Below, one piece after another: positions 25,991 through 39,169 of a stretch of DNA of 64,000 nt (position 1 is the first letter of the stretch; the number at the start of each line of letters is the position of its first letter). The translations under genes were made by a program, and so were the position numbers. The stretch is from Geosiphon pyriformis uo1. Its lineage: Eukaryota; Fungi; Glomeromycota. The notes below the pieces were generated by a model. It ran no database searches. It was not told the DNA's origin and saw only the letters and a program-made list of their open reading frames with translations. Where the stretch lies: contig JAAOMT010000134.1 of NCBI GenBank assembly GCA_016748015.1, forward strand, positions 1,729,057 to 1,793,056, given 5' to 3'.

Positions 25991-26883
25991 TGTTATTTAT
26001 AGAAATTAGAAATATTATAGTTAGAAAAATAGCCAATCAGAAGTAGACATAGTAACAGAGAAATTCTAAGATTTCTTTAAAAAAATTGCAAGATTCCAAA
26101 ATTTTGAAATTCCAAGATTTCTTTAAAGAAATCACAGAATTCCAGAAATCTTATATATCATAAATTATATATATATAGCAATAGTATCAGAAGTTAGAAA
26201 ATTAGTTAATTAGACTTGCAGATTATAATTATTAAATATTCTTCCCTTTACAAATAGTTATTATTAACCAATGTAAATTCATTACAATATCAAATAAACA
26301 TTTATATTATTATCCAATTTATATTATTGTCACTTGATTAAAAAAATTGTCACCACTCATCTGTTATCAACACTCCATGTTAATAATATTCAATATTTAA
26401 CTACACTAGAACAATAGCTCTTGATTATGGCTATTAATGGGATACTAATTTTTTATTTTTTTTATTTTTTTTATTTTTTTTATTTTTTTTATTTTTGTTT
26501 GTTTGTTTACTAATTGATTAAAAAAATTAATGTGCAGAATACTAACATCAAGATATAGTACTGGTAAAAAACTTAGAAATAAGAGTAAACACTCAGAATT
26601 AAAAATAGCTTACTAGGAAATACTGGGTACCAAGCTAAAAAAAAATTGACAAAATACATATTCTGAAAGTGATGAACAACAAAACACACCAACTTAAGGA
26701 TTGGGAAATAAACTAGAAACATCACAAAAGAATATTACTATTGAATCTTTGTCTATTATACAAAGGACTCAACTAAAACTTTTAGATACCAAAACCTTTA
26801 GATATTACTAATTATATCAGCTATTGAACATCAAATTATGAGTTTGTTATTTGTTTCAAAACTTCAAATAATCATCTGTAACA
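25991..26883 (+). repeat. Complete 3' LTR of Gypsy A (893 bp)
   Basis: TGTTA...TAACA termini, preceded by a purine tract; homologous to 54667-55537 and to the reverse complement of 35343-36207. Confidence 0.92.
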
Positions 26884-28622
26884 ACAGCTTTACTCACTAT
26901 TATATTAGTCCTAATATTATTCAAAATACCTAAATAATTTTTAATCTTTATCTATTTAACAAAAAGATTTTTATTTTTAATCAAATTAGCAATATGTTTT
27001 CTTTTTATTTAACACTAATTATAGAAGTTTGGTACAGCAAACAAAATTTCAGAAACACATGTATCAATAACAGATTGGCTATTTAGATATAAAACTACAG
27101 TACAAAAAAACAAGATACATTCTAAAAATAATACAATAGTCTGTAATTTGGCTATTATAAAAGACAAAAGCCTATATATCTTAATATTAATATCCATATT
27201 TACACCCAGAAAATAAGTAGCTGTCTCACTAATAATTTTAACAGAATCAGCATATTTTAAAAAACTATCTATGTAAATTTTAATAGAACCAAACCAAACT
27301 TTAAGCAAGCCCTTTTGCATATTAGAAAACTCTTTAAATTTCAAAATATCTAATCCAAATAATTTACTAATATTTGCAAAATCAACCACCAAAAAATTTT
27401 TATTATTTAAAAATTCAGATGCTAATTTAAACTAATAAGATACAAAGTTTCTTAAAACTAATTTTTTTCATTAATAAAATGTTTTTCAGTTTATTATATT
27501 CTCTATTTTATTTGAAAGTCTGTTATCAAATACAATTTCAAACTATTTTAAAAAAAAAGCTATAATACAGAAATTTTTCCAAAATATTTAATATTAAGAA
27601 CTTATTAAGATCATAAAATACTCTGGGTAAATTTTTTACCAAAGATAAATTATTGTTCAAAAAAATTTTTACTACTTTAGCCAAAAAATTGTTTACTAAA
27701 CTAACATACAACTTTACAAGAAACTGGAAAGAATTTAAAAAAAACCATCTTAAAATCTGCAAATCTAAGAGTCTATATTTAAACAAATACTCAAAAATAT
27801 TTAATACATTAGAAAAAACAATCAATAAAACCATTTTTTTTGGATTGTATTTGCTTAAAAGACTTTAAACTATACAAAAATAAATAATATAAAGTCTTAT
27901 CAGAAAAGTTTTATGGCAAATCAGCCTTAGTTTTAAGACTTTTTCTGATTATTACATCTTACTTATAATATATACTTGATAAAATAAAACTAAACTGGAA
28001 CTAATAGTTAACTATAAACTGCAAAACAGCTAATACTAAATAAGAAAACTGTTTATCTGTAATTGTTTTTCTTAATACTACATTAGAAAAAACCTAATAT
28101 TTGTATAAGTTTGAGTTATATTAGACTTAAAAAAACTTTCAGTTGACAAAAAAATTCTCAAGTATTTGTGTAATTTACTTTTTTTAGCAATTAAAATTGG
28201 CAAATCACTAATTATTAATGAAACAATTTCAATATCTTAATTAATAAAAATACCCATTATCTTTTTATTATTAATTAAAATATTATTGACATTAAAAAAT
28301 TCACTAACAATATTCAAAATATATTGTGTAAAAGCTTGATTACTCTCTAAATTGTGTTATTAATAAAGATACTAATAGCAAAAAATAAAGTTTTTCCTCC
28401 AATAGTCTTAATTTTACCAGTTTTGGCCACAAATTTAGTATTAATTTGGTATTTACACAAGTGCTTATGTCTCTTAACTTCACACAAAAATAAATCATAA
28501 AAAATTCTCCAAAAAAAAGAAAATTTTACCCTAATTTAATTCATTATGTACTTTGTAATTATTTGAAAATTCAAAATCAGTTATTATTTTATTAATCTGA
28601 TTCTCATATATATTGCAAAAAA

Positions 28623-31600
28623 TAGAATTACAATTAAATTAAATCAAACCAAACTTTGGATGTTGTTTAAATTTGGTTCAAATTATGAACTGAACTTGAA
28701 CCAAATCAATTTTTCAAAGTAAGTTCAATTCAAGTTTAGCATTAAATTTTTTTAACAAGTTTGAGTTTAGTTTAAGTTTATGAACTTGTTCAAGTTCAAT
28801 AGAATTAAAAAAAAATATAACTTGTACTATTTGTTTATTAATCATTATTTTGTTTAATTACTATAATTAGTTAAAAAAGTATATAAAATTATACATATAT
28901 AACAATTTTACTCTCCAATTTATCAAAATAAATTCAATGTCAGTATTATTCAATGTTATCAAAGATTTAAAATTTGAAATAACAAAATTTGATAACTCAA
29001 ATAATTTAAATATTACTATATTTGATAAACATAGTTTTTAGAATAAAGTATAAAACTATTTTGATAAGTTTAAGTAAATAAAAAAAAACAAACAGCTAAA
29101 TATATGGTCTTAAAATATATACATAAACTATTTTTTTGTGAAACTATGAGTATTATTAAACTTTTATAATACTATTTAAAGACTTTTTACTAGACAGTAT
29201 ATATTACAATAAAAAAATATTATAAGAAAAAATAAAATGTCCAAAAAAATTACAAATCAATTGAAAAAATGTTTTAATGAGTGAAATTGCTATTTTTTTT
29301 ATAATTTTGGCTAATTTAATTAGAAAATTGCTTTAGTTTTTTATAATAACTGCTATTAACATTGATAATAAAAAACTTTGTAATATAATTATTATTTGGT
29401 TTATTAACTGCTAATGACTATTTTTTACAATAAAAAACTTTGAATTAATCAAAATATTTTAATATTTGAACCTTATTTTTTAATCTGTTTGTGTTAATAT
29501 AATTAAAAATAGAGTCATAAAACTCTATGTTTTAAATAAACAAGAATTAAAAGTAAATATCATCTTTATTATAAAATATTTTTTTTCTTTTACTTATATT
29601 TATAATATAATAAACATATTTAGATATTATTAAGTCCAAAATTTTCTTTACATCAGATCTTAAGACATTTCTTAATAATAAAACTTTTGTTTTTATTATT
29701 GTTTATTATATTAATAACAATTAAAATCTTTAATAAACAATAATTAATTTTGAATTAATAAATAGATAACATGATGTTATAAATATTGCAAATAAATTTT
29801 TTAAAGTATTAAAAAATTATAGAATTATATCAAAGATACTTAAGTATATTTTTACATGAATTTAAGTTAGTTAATGCCAATAATGAAATTGGTATATTAT
29901 ACAACATATTAATATTATCTAAAACTCAGAGTTATTACAGTGTTTATATTATCAAAAATCATATTTTCTTAATATTAGCTTAAATTGGTTTTCATTATTG
30001 CCCCAAAGCTAAATTTTCAGTATTAGCATCATCTAAAATTCAAAGTTATTATAGTGTTTATATTATTAAAAATTAAATTTTTTCAATGTTGACTTAAGTT
30101 GGTTTTTATTATTGTCTCAAAGCTGAATTTTTGGTATTAATATTATTTAAGATTTAAAGTTATCACAATGCTCATATTATTGAAAATTGCATTTTTTTAA
30201 TATTAGTTTAAATGGTTTTTATTATTGTCTTGAACCAAATTTTCAGCCAAAAAAGTTAAAAAAAAGTTAAAAAAAAGTTACACTTATCTTTTTTTTTTAT
30301 AAGTTTACTTTTAATTTTATTAGTTATAATCTAATTTTTTTTAACAGTTTTTTACTATTATCCTCAATAATACTGCAAATAATGGTATTTTGTAAGAAAA
30401 TTAATGAGAAAATTAGAAAAGAAAAACATTCTATAAAATTTAAAAAATCTTCAATTTCAATGTTTTGATCATATTTTGAACTTGACAATACAAGTAGTTC
30501 TAAATAAAATAAAAAATAATGTTTTTAAAGTATTTGTTAAAAACCCAAACTGAATATATTTATTTAAAATTTTTTTAATGTAAACTTTATATAAATTAAA
30601 GATTAGAAAACTTAATTCTGCAATCTGTATCTTGCTTTAATGTTTTAAACTTTTTGAAAATATTTGTAATATATGTTAAATTAAATACTGTAAACTCATT
30701 TTAAATTGTCCTATCTGGTAAGATTTTACTTATAACATGATTAAAAATAAGTTATCTCTTAAATTAGCAAGTTGTTTATTTTTGATTCTATATATTTTTA
30801 ATACAAAAATTCTAATTATAAATTTATAGACATTAAACATCCTTATTAGTACTCATATTAATCTTTATTAATATATCATTTTATATAATTAATGAGCTGT
30901 CTTTGATAAAATTGCTAAATTTCTTAAACTATTTAAAGATATTATAGTCAAAATATTAATTAATTCAAATAATACTGTCTCTTCAATTATTTTTTTCTTT
31001 AATATTATTTTTAATCATGTCAAAAACACAGTTGATAATAATGAATTTAGTTAAGTATTATAATCTCAATTGTATTTATTTTAGTTATTTTTAACACATT
31101 TAATATTAAATTTATTACTTGTTATAACAGTTAAGGCAGCAAAAAAAAAGTTACTTAAATATTACTCTAAAACAAATACAATTATAATACTTTGTACTAT
31201 ATTAATTTAAGAAAAAAATTTTATTATTTTACAAAAAAAAATTTTTTAAATGACAATTTTAATAAAATAAATAAATTGTAAGCTACTAATATATTCAAAC
31301 AGTTTTATTTTTCAACTTTTACACAATAAATAGATCTTTAAAATACATATTTTTTTTGAAATAAAATACATATTGGACATTATATCAACATTAAATGACA
31401 GTTTTTTGTTGAATGGCAATTTTAATAATACTATAGTATTAATTACACAATTTATATTAAAAGCAGACTTTAATAATAATAATAAAAAAACTTGACAAAA
31501 TTAATCATTATATTTTTAAAAAAGTAACCAATAAAAAAATAGATATAATAACATAATAGAAAGTATATTACAAAAGATATTTATCTAAATTAACATTTTA

Positions 31601-32054
31601 TTAATAATTTGATATTTAGACACATTAAACACAATTTTTTTATCTTGTATATATAGTTTGTAATTATTTGGCAATTCAAGAATAATTTGTTGTTTCTAAA
31701 TGTATTTTTTATGCAGATAAGAATATGATTACAGATAAAAGATCTTATTTAGTGCCTAAAACTATAAAAATAGTACAGTGTTTTTAATTATGAATACAGA
31801 AATGATTAAAAAGAAAATTAAATAATAATATAGTTTAATATAATGTTTTTAATAGTCAAACTTAAATATGTTCATGAATTTCAAACCAAATTTGAACCAG
31901 ACTTGTTATATGTGTTTGGATTTGGTTTAAGTTCAATAATTTAAGTTTGATTTAAGTTTAAGTTCGAAATTTTGTCAAATTTTCTATTTGAGTTTGGTTT
32001 GGTTTGGTAGTTCAATTGAATTTAAACCAAATCAGACCAAATATTAGAATCTTA
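28623..32054. mobile_element. hAT-superfamily DNA transposon relic (3.4 kb)
   Basis: 8-bp TSD GCAAAAAA at 28615-28622 and 32055-32062; removing the insert rejoins LINE RT sequence. Termini TAGAATT and (reverse complement) TAAGATT fit an eroded TAGGG-type TIR. Dense AACC/GGTT/GTTC subterminal repeats at ~28640-28800 and ~31860-32045. No transposase could be read. Confidence 0.8.
29908..30247. repeat. Three tandem 114-bp units inside the hAT relic
   Basis: Units start at 29908, 30022 and 30136 (ATTAATATTATCTAAAACTCAGAGTTATT / ATTAGCATCATCTAAAATTCAAAGTTATT / ATTAATATTATTTAAGATTTAAAGTTATC). Confidence 0.85.
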
Positions 32055-35000
32055 GCAAAAAACTCAATAAATTAATTACATATCTTAATACACTATAAGT
32101 TAGTACTTAGATAATATTATCTTATTAAATTATAAGTTTTGTGCATATTTTGCAAAACCAACCAAAGCTTTCTATTCTTCTCTAGTATATTTTCAATAAC
32201 CAATTTAATGACAAAAATAGAAGACTAAGTTAAAGTATTTTTCAATACTAAAAAGTTATTATCATAAAGAATATCAAATTTGCTATATATTAAGAATATT
32301 TAATTAGACAAAATTTTAGACAAAATTTTTTTAGCTGTTTTAATCAATATAATAAGCCAAGTATTTATTAAAATATTATTTCATTAATAAAGTTTAGAGA
32401 TCATTAAAACTCATGCTCTTTTCCAAAGAACTAAAATTACATTCAAAGTTAAACACAATTTCAACAATTTTAAAAAGCATTTTAACACCCTATTACCACA
32501 ATGTTTCCACAATTTATTTGAAATTCCTAATAACTCAGCAGTCTTGCTATCTAATAAACTATTAATTATTAAAGCTAACTTTTTTATATTAATTTTTTTT
32601 ATTACATTAAAAAAGATATTATTATTTACATAATTTAAAAACATATATTAACAAAACCAAAGTTCAGACATCCTTGAAAACACTGACTATTTTTTCATTT
32701 ATCTTTTTATAATTTTATTAATTCTAAGCTTTATTTTATTAGACTCTACTACTAATTTATCTCTAACTACTAAGTAATCTAAAACAACTTTGTAAAAAAG
32801 CTGTTTTAAAATATTTTTTATCATTTGTCTTTTGTTAAAGCAAAAAATTTTTATATGTTGTTTAATTATTTTCTTAATAACTGTATTTTCAGATGTTTTT
32901 GATTTATAATATTCAGATTTCTAATATTTTTTTCTAACTATTAACAAATGTTTAAAAATGTCTATTAATTTTATACTATTTTGAACTATATTGACAATTT
33001 TAGCTGCTTTAACTCCATCAACAGTTAGCAAAACTTTAATAAATGCTCAAATTTTAACAGATTTTCAGAATTTTATTTTTTTATAATCTTAGTAACAAAT
33101 AGCTTTAATTTGAAAAATTTTAATAATTGCTTATTTTTTAAGTAATTATACTTACTATATTAATGTTTAGAAAACACCATATTAGTAAATTGTATCATGA
33201 CTTTTTTTAACATCTCTTATATTATATTTTAATTATCACAATTTTTTGTTTTTTTAAACATACCTAATACTGTTAACAACTTAGTAAAAGAGCATTCTTT
33301 AAATTATATCTACTTAACTTTATTAGTATTTTTTATTTTGAACTTTTATTAATTTTTATTAGCTTGTTTATAAATACTATTAAGATAAATATCCAAAAGA
33401 CTATTTAAACCAACTAAAACTAAAACTGGCTTATAATTTATATTAAAAAATTCTGACACAATATTAATCTTATAATTTGTAATTACAAATACCAGATTTT
33501 TATTTGCAAATATAAAATCTAACACTTTTTTAACACTTTTAAAATTGCTTTAAGTAGAAGTTTTAATTAATAAATACTTATTAAATACATTAATTAAATT
33601 CTGATCTAAACAAAACTTAAAACTTATACTCTTTTTGGATTTATTCTTATTAAAATCTCTATCCAAGACTATAAAAGTGCTAAAATTGACTGTTTTAATA
33701 ATAATAAAATTGATTTTTAATGTCTATTTGAATCTAATTTTAGCAAAAACACCAATATACAACTCCAAAATTATTACTGAGAGTTTATTTTTAAATAAAA
33801 AATGAACTAAAATAATTCTGTCCAAAATTTCATTAATTTTTAAGATGTATTAAGCCAAAAAATTATTTATAATTATAATCATCCCAGTGTCAAAAAATTA
33901 TTTATCTAAATCAGATATAAAGATTTATACTTTTTTAAACTTATTCATGATTTAAAATCTAATATTAAATCTTAATTTAATTTTTGTAATAATAAAAATC
34001 ATATTATCTGAATTAACATACTAACAAACAACATTATTCTGTTTAATAAAAACATTAATATTTTTAATATTATATATAATAATTTTTCAGATTAGATTAG
34101 TTATTATTAAAAAAAAGTATTCAAAATCAAATTTTTATTATTTACCTTGGTCAATAGACTCATAATTATAATTGATAAATTGTTTATTTTATCTTTAAAC
34201 TTTTTAACAATTGATTAATCTAAAAATTCTATTCTGCTATAGTTTTATTACTAGTAATTACATCTAAATTCTTATTTATTATTATATCTATTTCTTAATT
34301 CTGTGATAAAAAAGTTTTTAATATCTAGAACTAAGCTAAAAAACTGTTAGTTCAAGTGTATTTAATCTTTTACTCAGCTTGTCAATTTGCTTTGCAAGAT
34401 TTGTAAAACTGTACTTAAGAGTAACAAATCTATTATTCACTTTCAAAAAAACCAGCAAGAAAGATTTAATATCTAAAGATAAATTAGTACCAAAATAAAC
34501 TAAAAACACTATATGAAAAGTAAAACTATTAGCAATTTAAGCTCAAGTTTTCTTACCAAATAAAACTAAACAAACAAATGACATTTGTTTTTTTTCTATA
34601 TATTTGCCAAATAAATCTGATCCTAAAAATTAACTATTTTTTTATTGTAACTACCCAGATTTTTACTTATTAAACACATACTAAAACCATGATCTAATTG
34701 TTTGTATTAAGTATAACAAGCCAAAAAAAAACCAGACCAATTTAAATTCACACTCTTGAAAACAAAAACAGAACTAATAATAGTTTTTTTTAATGTTTTA
34801 TTAGCAAAACAAACTATAATACATCTATTATAAACATAAAAATTTGAATTGCAGCCAATAGAACAAGTTTTTTTACTATATAATTTTAACAAATCAGAAA
34901 AATTATAAGTAATAGTACTAATTAATAAAGTATACAACAAAATCTGATAAAAATCTTTAAACATTTATGTTTGTTTATTATTTACTGTCTTAATTATATA

Positions 35001-35342
35001 AACAGAATTTTTTTCTATAAACACAGATTATTTAAAAATAACTAAATTAGCAATCTTAGATGATTTAAATTTTATTAAGATTTTTTGCCAAAGATTAATA
35101 AACTGTATTTTAATTAACATAATTTTACCAAACTTAGAAAAAACTAATTTTACAGCCAATTTGAAAAGATTAACTAGGATTTTTTTAATAATTATTTCTT
35201 AATCTGTATAACTATTTGGTTTTCTAACATTATTATTTACCAAGATTTTTTCACAAATTGTCATTTTTCTAGTCTTTTTTAAGCTTAATTCAAATATAAA
35301 GAATAATTTAATAATACTTGAAATTTTTGAAAAAGTAAATAT

Positions 35343-36207
35343 TATTACAAATAATTATTTAAAATGTTAAAGCAAATAACAAATCTGTAACTTGGTGCTT
35401 AATAACTAAGTATAATGATAATTTTTGAAGATTTTGAAGTCTAAAGGTTTTGGTTGAGTTTTTTATATAATAAACAGAAATTCAATTAATAATTTTCTTT
35501 AATTTCTGTCTTTAACATAATGACTAATTTATTTTAACAGTTATGCTTTTCTGGTAAACTATTTTTAAGTTTTTCTATTTTTGTTTTAAGAGTCTTTTAT
35601 CAGATTATCTTTGATTTCAATTATTTAGTGCTTAATTTTTTTAATAATTTAATAAATAACAAAGAAAACAAAATAAAAAAAAATAAAAAAAGAAATAAAA
35701 AATTAGTATTTTATTAATAACTATAATCAAAAATTATTAATTTAGTGTAATTAAGTATTGAATTTTATCAATATAGGTTGTTAATAATATAAAAGTGATT
35801 AATATTTTTTAATCAAGTAATAGCAATATAAATTAGGTAATAATAAATATTTTTATTGGTATAAATATGATTCTACTTCAAGTTATAGAAAACTATTTTT
35901 TGAAAAAAAAGTATTGAATAATTACTTATTTTTAACTCTTGTTCTTGTTACTGTTTTTTTAATACTTTTACTATATATACATAATTTGTATTATACAAAA
36001 TCTTACATATTTCTATTTTTTTTATACTATTTTTTAAAAATATACTTATTTTTGAAAATATGCTATAATTTTATAAAAATGTGTTCATTTTTTGAGAATA
36101 TGTATATTTCTAAAAATTGCTTATTTATTGAGTACTATTTTTCTATTGGTCAATTTTTATGATCTATTTTTTTTATTTTTTCTGGTACTTTTTTTTTATA
36201 AATAACA
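35343..36207 (-). mobile_element. Solo LTR of the same Gypsy family
   Basis: Reverse complement starts TGTTATTTATA and ends TGTAATA. Flanks ATAT (35339-35342) and ATGC (36208-36211) fit an eroded 4-bp TSD; removing it restores the LINE ORF1 frame (GAA AAG GCA TTT ACT). Confidence 0.85.
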
Positions 36208-36999
36208 ATGCCTTTTCAAAACTATTTATATGATAAAAAAATTTTTTTATTGTTATCAACTTATTTCCAGAAGTTTTTTCAAGTACAGCAAATAACTTAA
36301 TATTAAGTACAAAAAATTTTATTGAATTAAAATTCTATTCTCTAAAACATATGACTTAATAGTAGCAAACAATTAAATTCAAAGAACTTAAAAGTTAAAA
36401 GTGTCAAAATTTTGTTATCATTATTACTTAGATTATCAAAAAAAAATTTTTTGCTGGCTGTCCAAAACATAAGTTCTGATATATGTCTTTTTAAACATGG
36501 CATCATTGATTGTATTATTTATTTTTAAAGCATTTGAATTTATATAGCTGGTTTTTTCTGTGATTGTATTTTTTATGTTCTCCACATTCAAAATTTTATC
36601 AATACTACTTATTTTACTTACAATTTTACAACTTTAAAATTTAACAGATTTAATACTATTAATACCCAAATTAATAAAACTAAGAAAATTAGTAAACAAT
36701 TCAATTATATTAGTTTTAATGTCAAGCTTTTTCAGTTTTTTGTAAAAAGTGCTATAAAAATAAATACTTTCTACTTGCTTTTTTTTTGTGCTAAGGTGGA
36801 TCTTTAACTTAGCCAAACTAAAATCTAATCTATTAACAGAAGAACTTGCCAGTTCTATAGTTATAAACAAAAATATATTAAAAGAAATAACTGTAAAACT
36901 AAAAGAAAAAAAAAATAGAAAAATTATTTTTTTAATATATTTCAGCTCTCATTGTAATCAAAAAATTAACAAGAAAAAAATAAAAATTTATAAATATTA

Positions 37000-39050
37000 A
37001 AAAAAATAAGTAACAAAAACTTTTGATAACAATAAGTATTTATTAATTTACTTATTGTTTTAAATTTTTATGTATTTGTTTTTTAATAATTTTTGAAATA
37101 AAATTTATTACTTTAAATTGTTTTTACTTTTATTAAGTGTTTTTTAATATAAAAGTATTTATATATTTATATGTATTTATTGTTTAAGTTTTTGTTAAAT
37201 ATTTGTCTTTAAAAAAATGTTCATTAATATAAATATTGTATTTTTTTTAAAACTTTTTTTAATAATTATTATAAAAAAATTAAAAAAAAATTTTGACATT
37301 AATATTAATTTTTGGTCTATTTATTAAATATTTTAAAAAATAGTTAAAAAAAATATTATAAAAGTTTTTATGTGTTTTGTTTTAAAATAAGTTTTTTTAA
37401 ATTATAAAAATAATTTATTATTTTAATAAAAAGTAAATAAATAAATTAAATATAAATTAAATTTTTAATATTTAATAATAACTATTGGTTCTAAATTTTG
37501 TAAAATGTTTTAAAAAAATTGTATACCAATTTGAAAATTAAAGTTTAAAATTAGTTCTCAAATAATAGTGTTTAAGTTTGTTATAATATACTACAACTTT
37601 TTTTTAAAATCTTATTTTTAAGTTTTAATCTGTATAATTTATTGTTTAAAACTTTATATAATATAAAATAATTTATTTTATTTTGGATTAATGTTTTTTG
37701 TTTTAATTTTGTGTAAAAAAATTTATTTTCAAATTTAGATTTATTAATAATTAGTACAAGTTTTTTACTAAATTATTTGTATTTAATTTATTTTTATATA
37801 ATATAAATAATTTTAAAAATATTTAATAAAAACTTTTAATATTTAGAATTTTGATTTTTATTATTAATTACATAAAAATATGTTAAAGTAAAATATTTAT
37901 TATCATTTTAAGAATAATTTATTATTTATTAATATATATATTTATATTTTTTAATTATAATAATAACCAAAATCCAAAAAAATTTACACTAATATTTTAT
38001 TTGTTTAAATTTAATTTTTTAATATAAATAACAATTAAAAATTATGGTAATTGTTTAATAAAAAAAGTAAATTGTATCTTAAAAAAATCTAATAAGTTAT
38101 AAAAATTATATTTTAATTCAACTTTTTTTATTTTTTAATATTAAAATAAAAATTATAAATTTTTACAAATAAAACATTAATAAAAATTTTTTTTTAGAAA
38201 CTATTAAAAATATTTAAATAAAAGTTTTTATATTAATATACACAATTATTTAATATTAATTAATTTAAATAATAATATATAGAATATATTCTATTTTAGC
38301 AAATTTTTTTTTGTTTATAACATCTTGTCTTTTAAAAAAATTATTTTAAAATTAAAAATCTAAAAATTATCTTATTATATATAATTAATTTGTAAAATAA
38401 TTGCTTATATATATATATTTTTTTTCGAATAATAAATTAGAATCTAAATTTTTGTTTAAATTTAAGTTTGAATTAAAATATTATTCTAATGATAAAAACT
38501 AAGTCTATAGAAAAAAATCAAAAATTTTGTTTAATAATAATAATTTTATGCATATATATTTAATATTATTTTTGTTTTAAACTTGACACTAATATTTAAA
38601 TATAAATAATTTTTAAGTTTATAAAACATCTATAATATTAAATTTAATATACCAAATTTTATTTTAAAAATTAAGTCTTTATTTCAAATATGTAAATCCA
38701 ATTTACAATAAATTCCAAAAATTTACTTTAATTTAATAGAAATTTTTAAACGGTTTCAAAAACAGAAAATTTAGTTTTAACTATTAGCAATAAAATAAAT
38801 TGAAAAATTTTTAACCAAATTTTTTTATATTTAACCTGTTATTTCAACTTTTAACAATAATTTTTAAATTAAATAATATTTATGTTTTCATTTGAAATTA
38901 CATTTTTTTCAAAACATAGTTAATTATATTGAAAGATTTAAATTTTAATGATACATATTATATTAAATATTATTAAATGCAATTTTTATTTTTTGATTTA
39001 AATTAACAATAATTTTTATTTATAAATTAAGTTTTAAAGGTTTGAAAAGT
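37000..39050. other. Extremely AT-rich block, probably terminally eroded repeat DNA
   Basis: Almost only A/T, no ORFs, abrupt switch to CpG-containing DNA near 39060. Origin is inferred. Confidence 0.55.
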
Positions 39051-39169
39051 AAAATATTGATTTCGATTAACCTATTGGTTATTTGCTAAATCAATAAGTT
39101 TTTAATTTAATCACAATTTATTAATTAGCCTTATATTATCTCTTTCATATTTTCAATCGTCATCATTTT

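Larger units (their letters stand above)
17796..26883 (+). mobile_element. Ty3/Gypsy LTR retrotransposon copy A (gag-PR-Cys-rich-dUTPase-RT-RNH-IN), eroded, 5' LTR half missing
   Basis: Gag knuckle CHNCNKQNHLQIDC at 19905. Protease KLILNSGS at ~20590. RT VYLDN at ~23455. Integrase YFTKWSEAKAI and QTNGLVEKFNRT at 24620-25216. Purine tract AAAGAAGAGAATAA precedes the 3' LTR. RT-RNH-IN order is Gypsy-type. Confidence 0.93.
26884..36980 (-). mobile_element. Strongly eroded LINE of the same subfamily as 4284-11170, interrupted by a hAT and a solo LTR and cut in RNase H by Gypsy A
   Basis: The 5' end (reverse complement of 36940-36980) matches 4290-4335. ORF1 pieces 36634-36870 and 34707-34964, RT piece 32411-32644, RNase H piece 27015-27392. 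Confidence 0.88.

Noticed and set aside
29908-30247. Possible CRISPR-like array
   Set aside because: Contiguous tandem units with no unique spacers, in a eukaryotic context with no cas genes.
28800-31860. hAT transposase coding sequence
   Set aside because: Too eroded to read any diagnostic motif; the hAT call rests on TSD, termini and subterminal repeats only.
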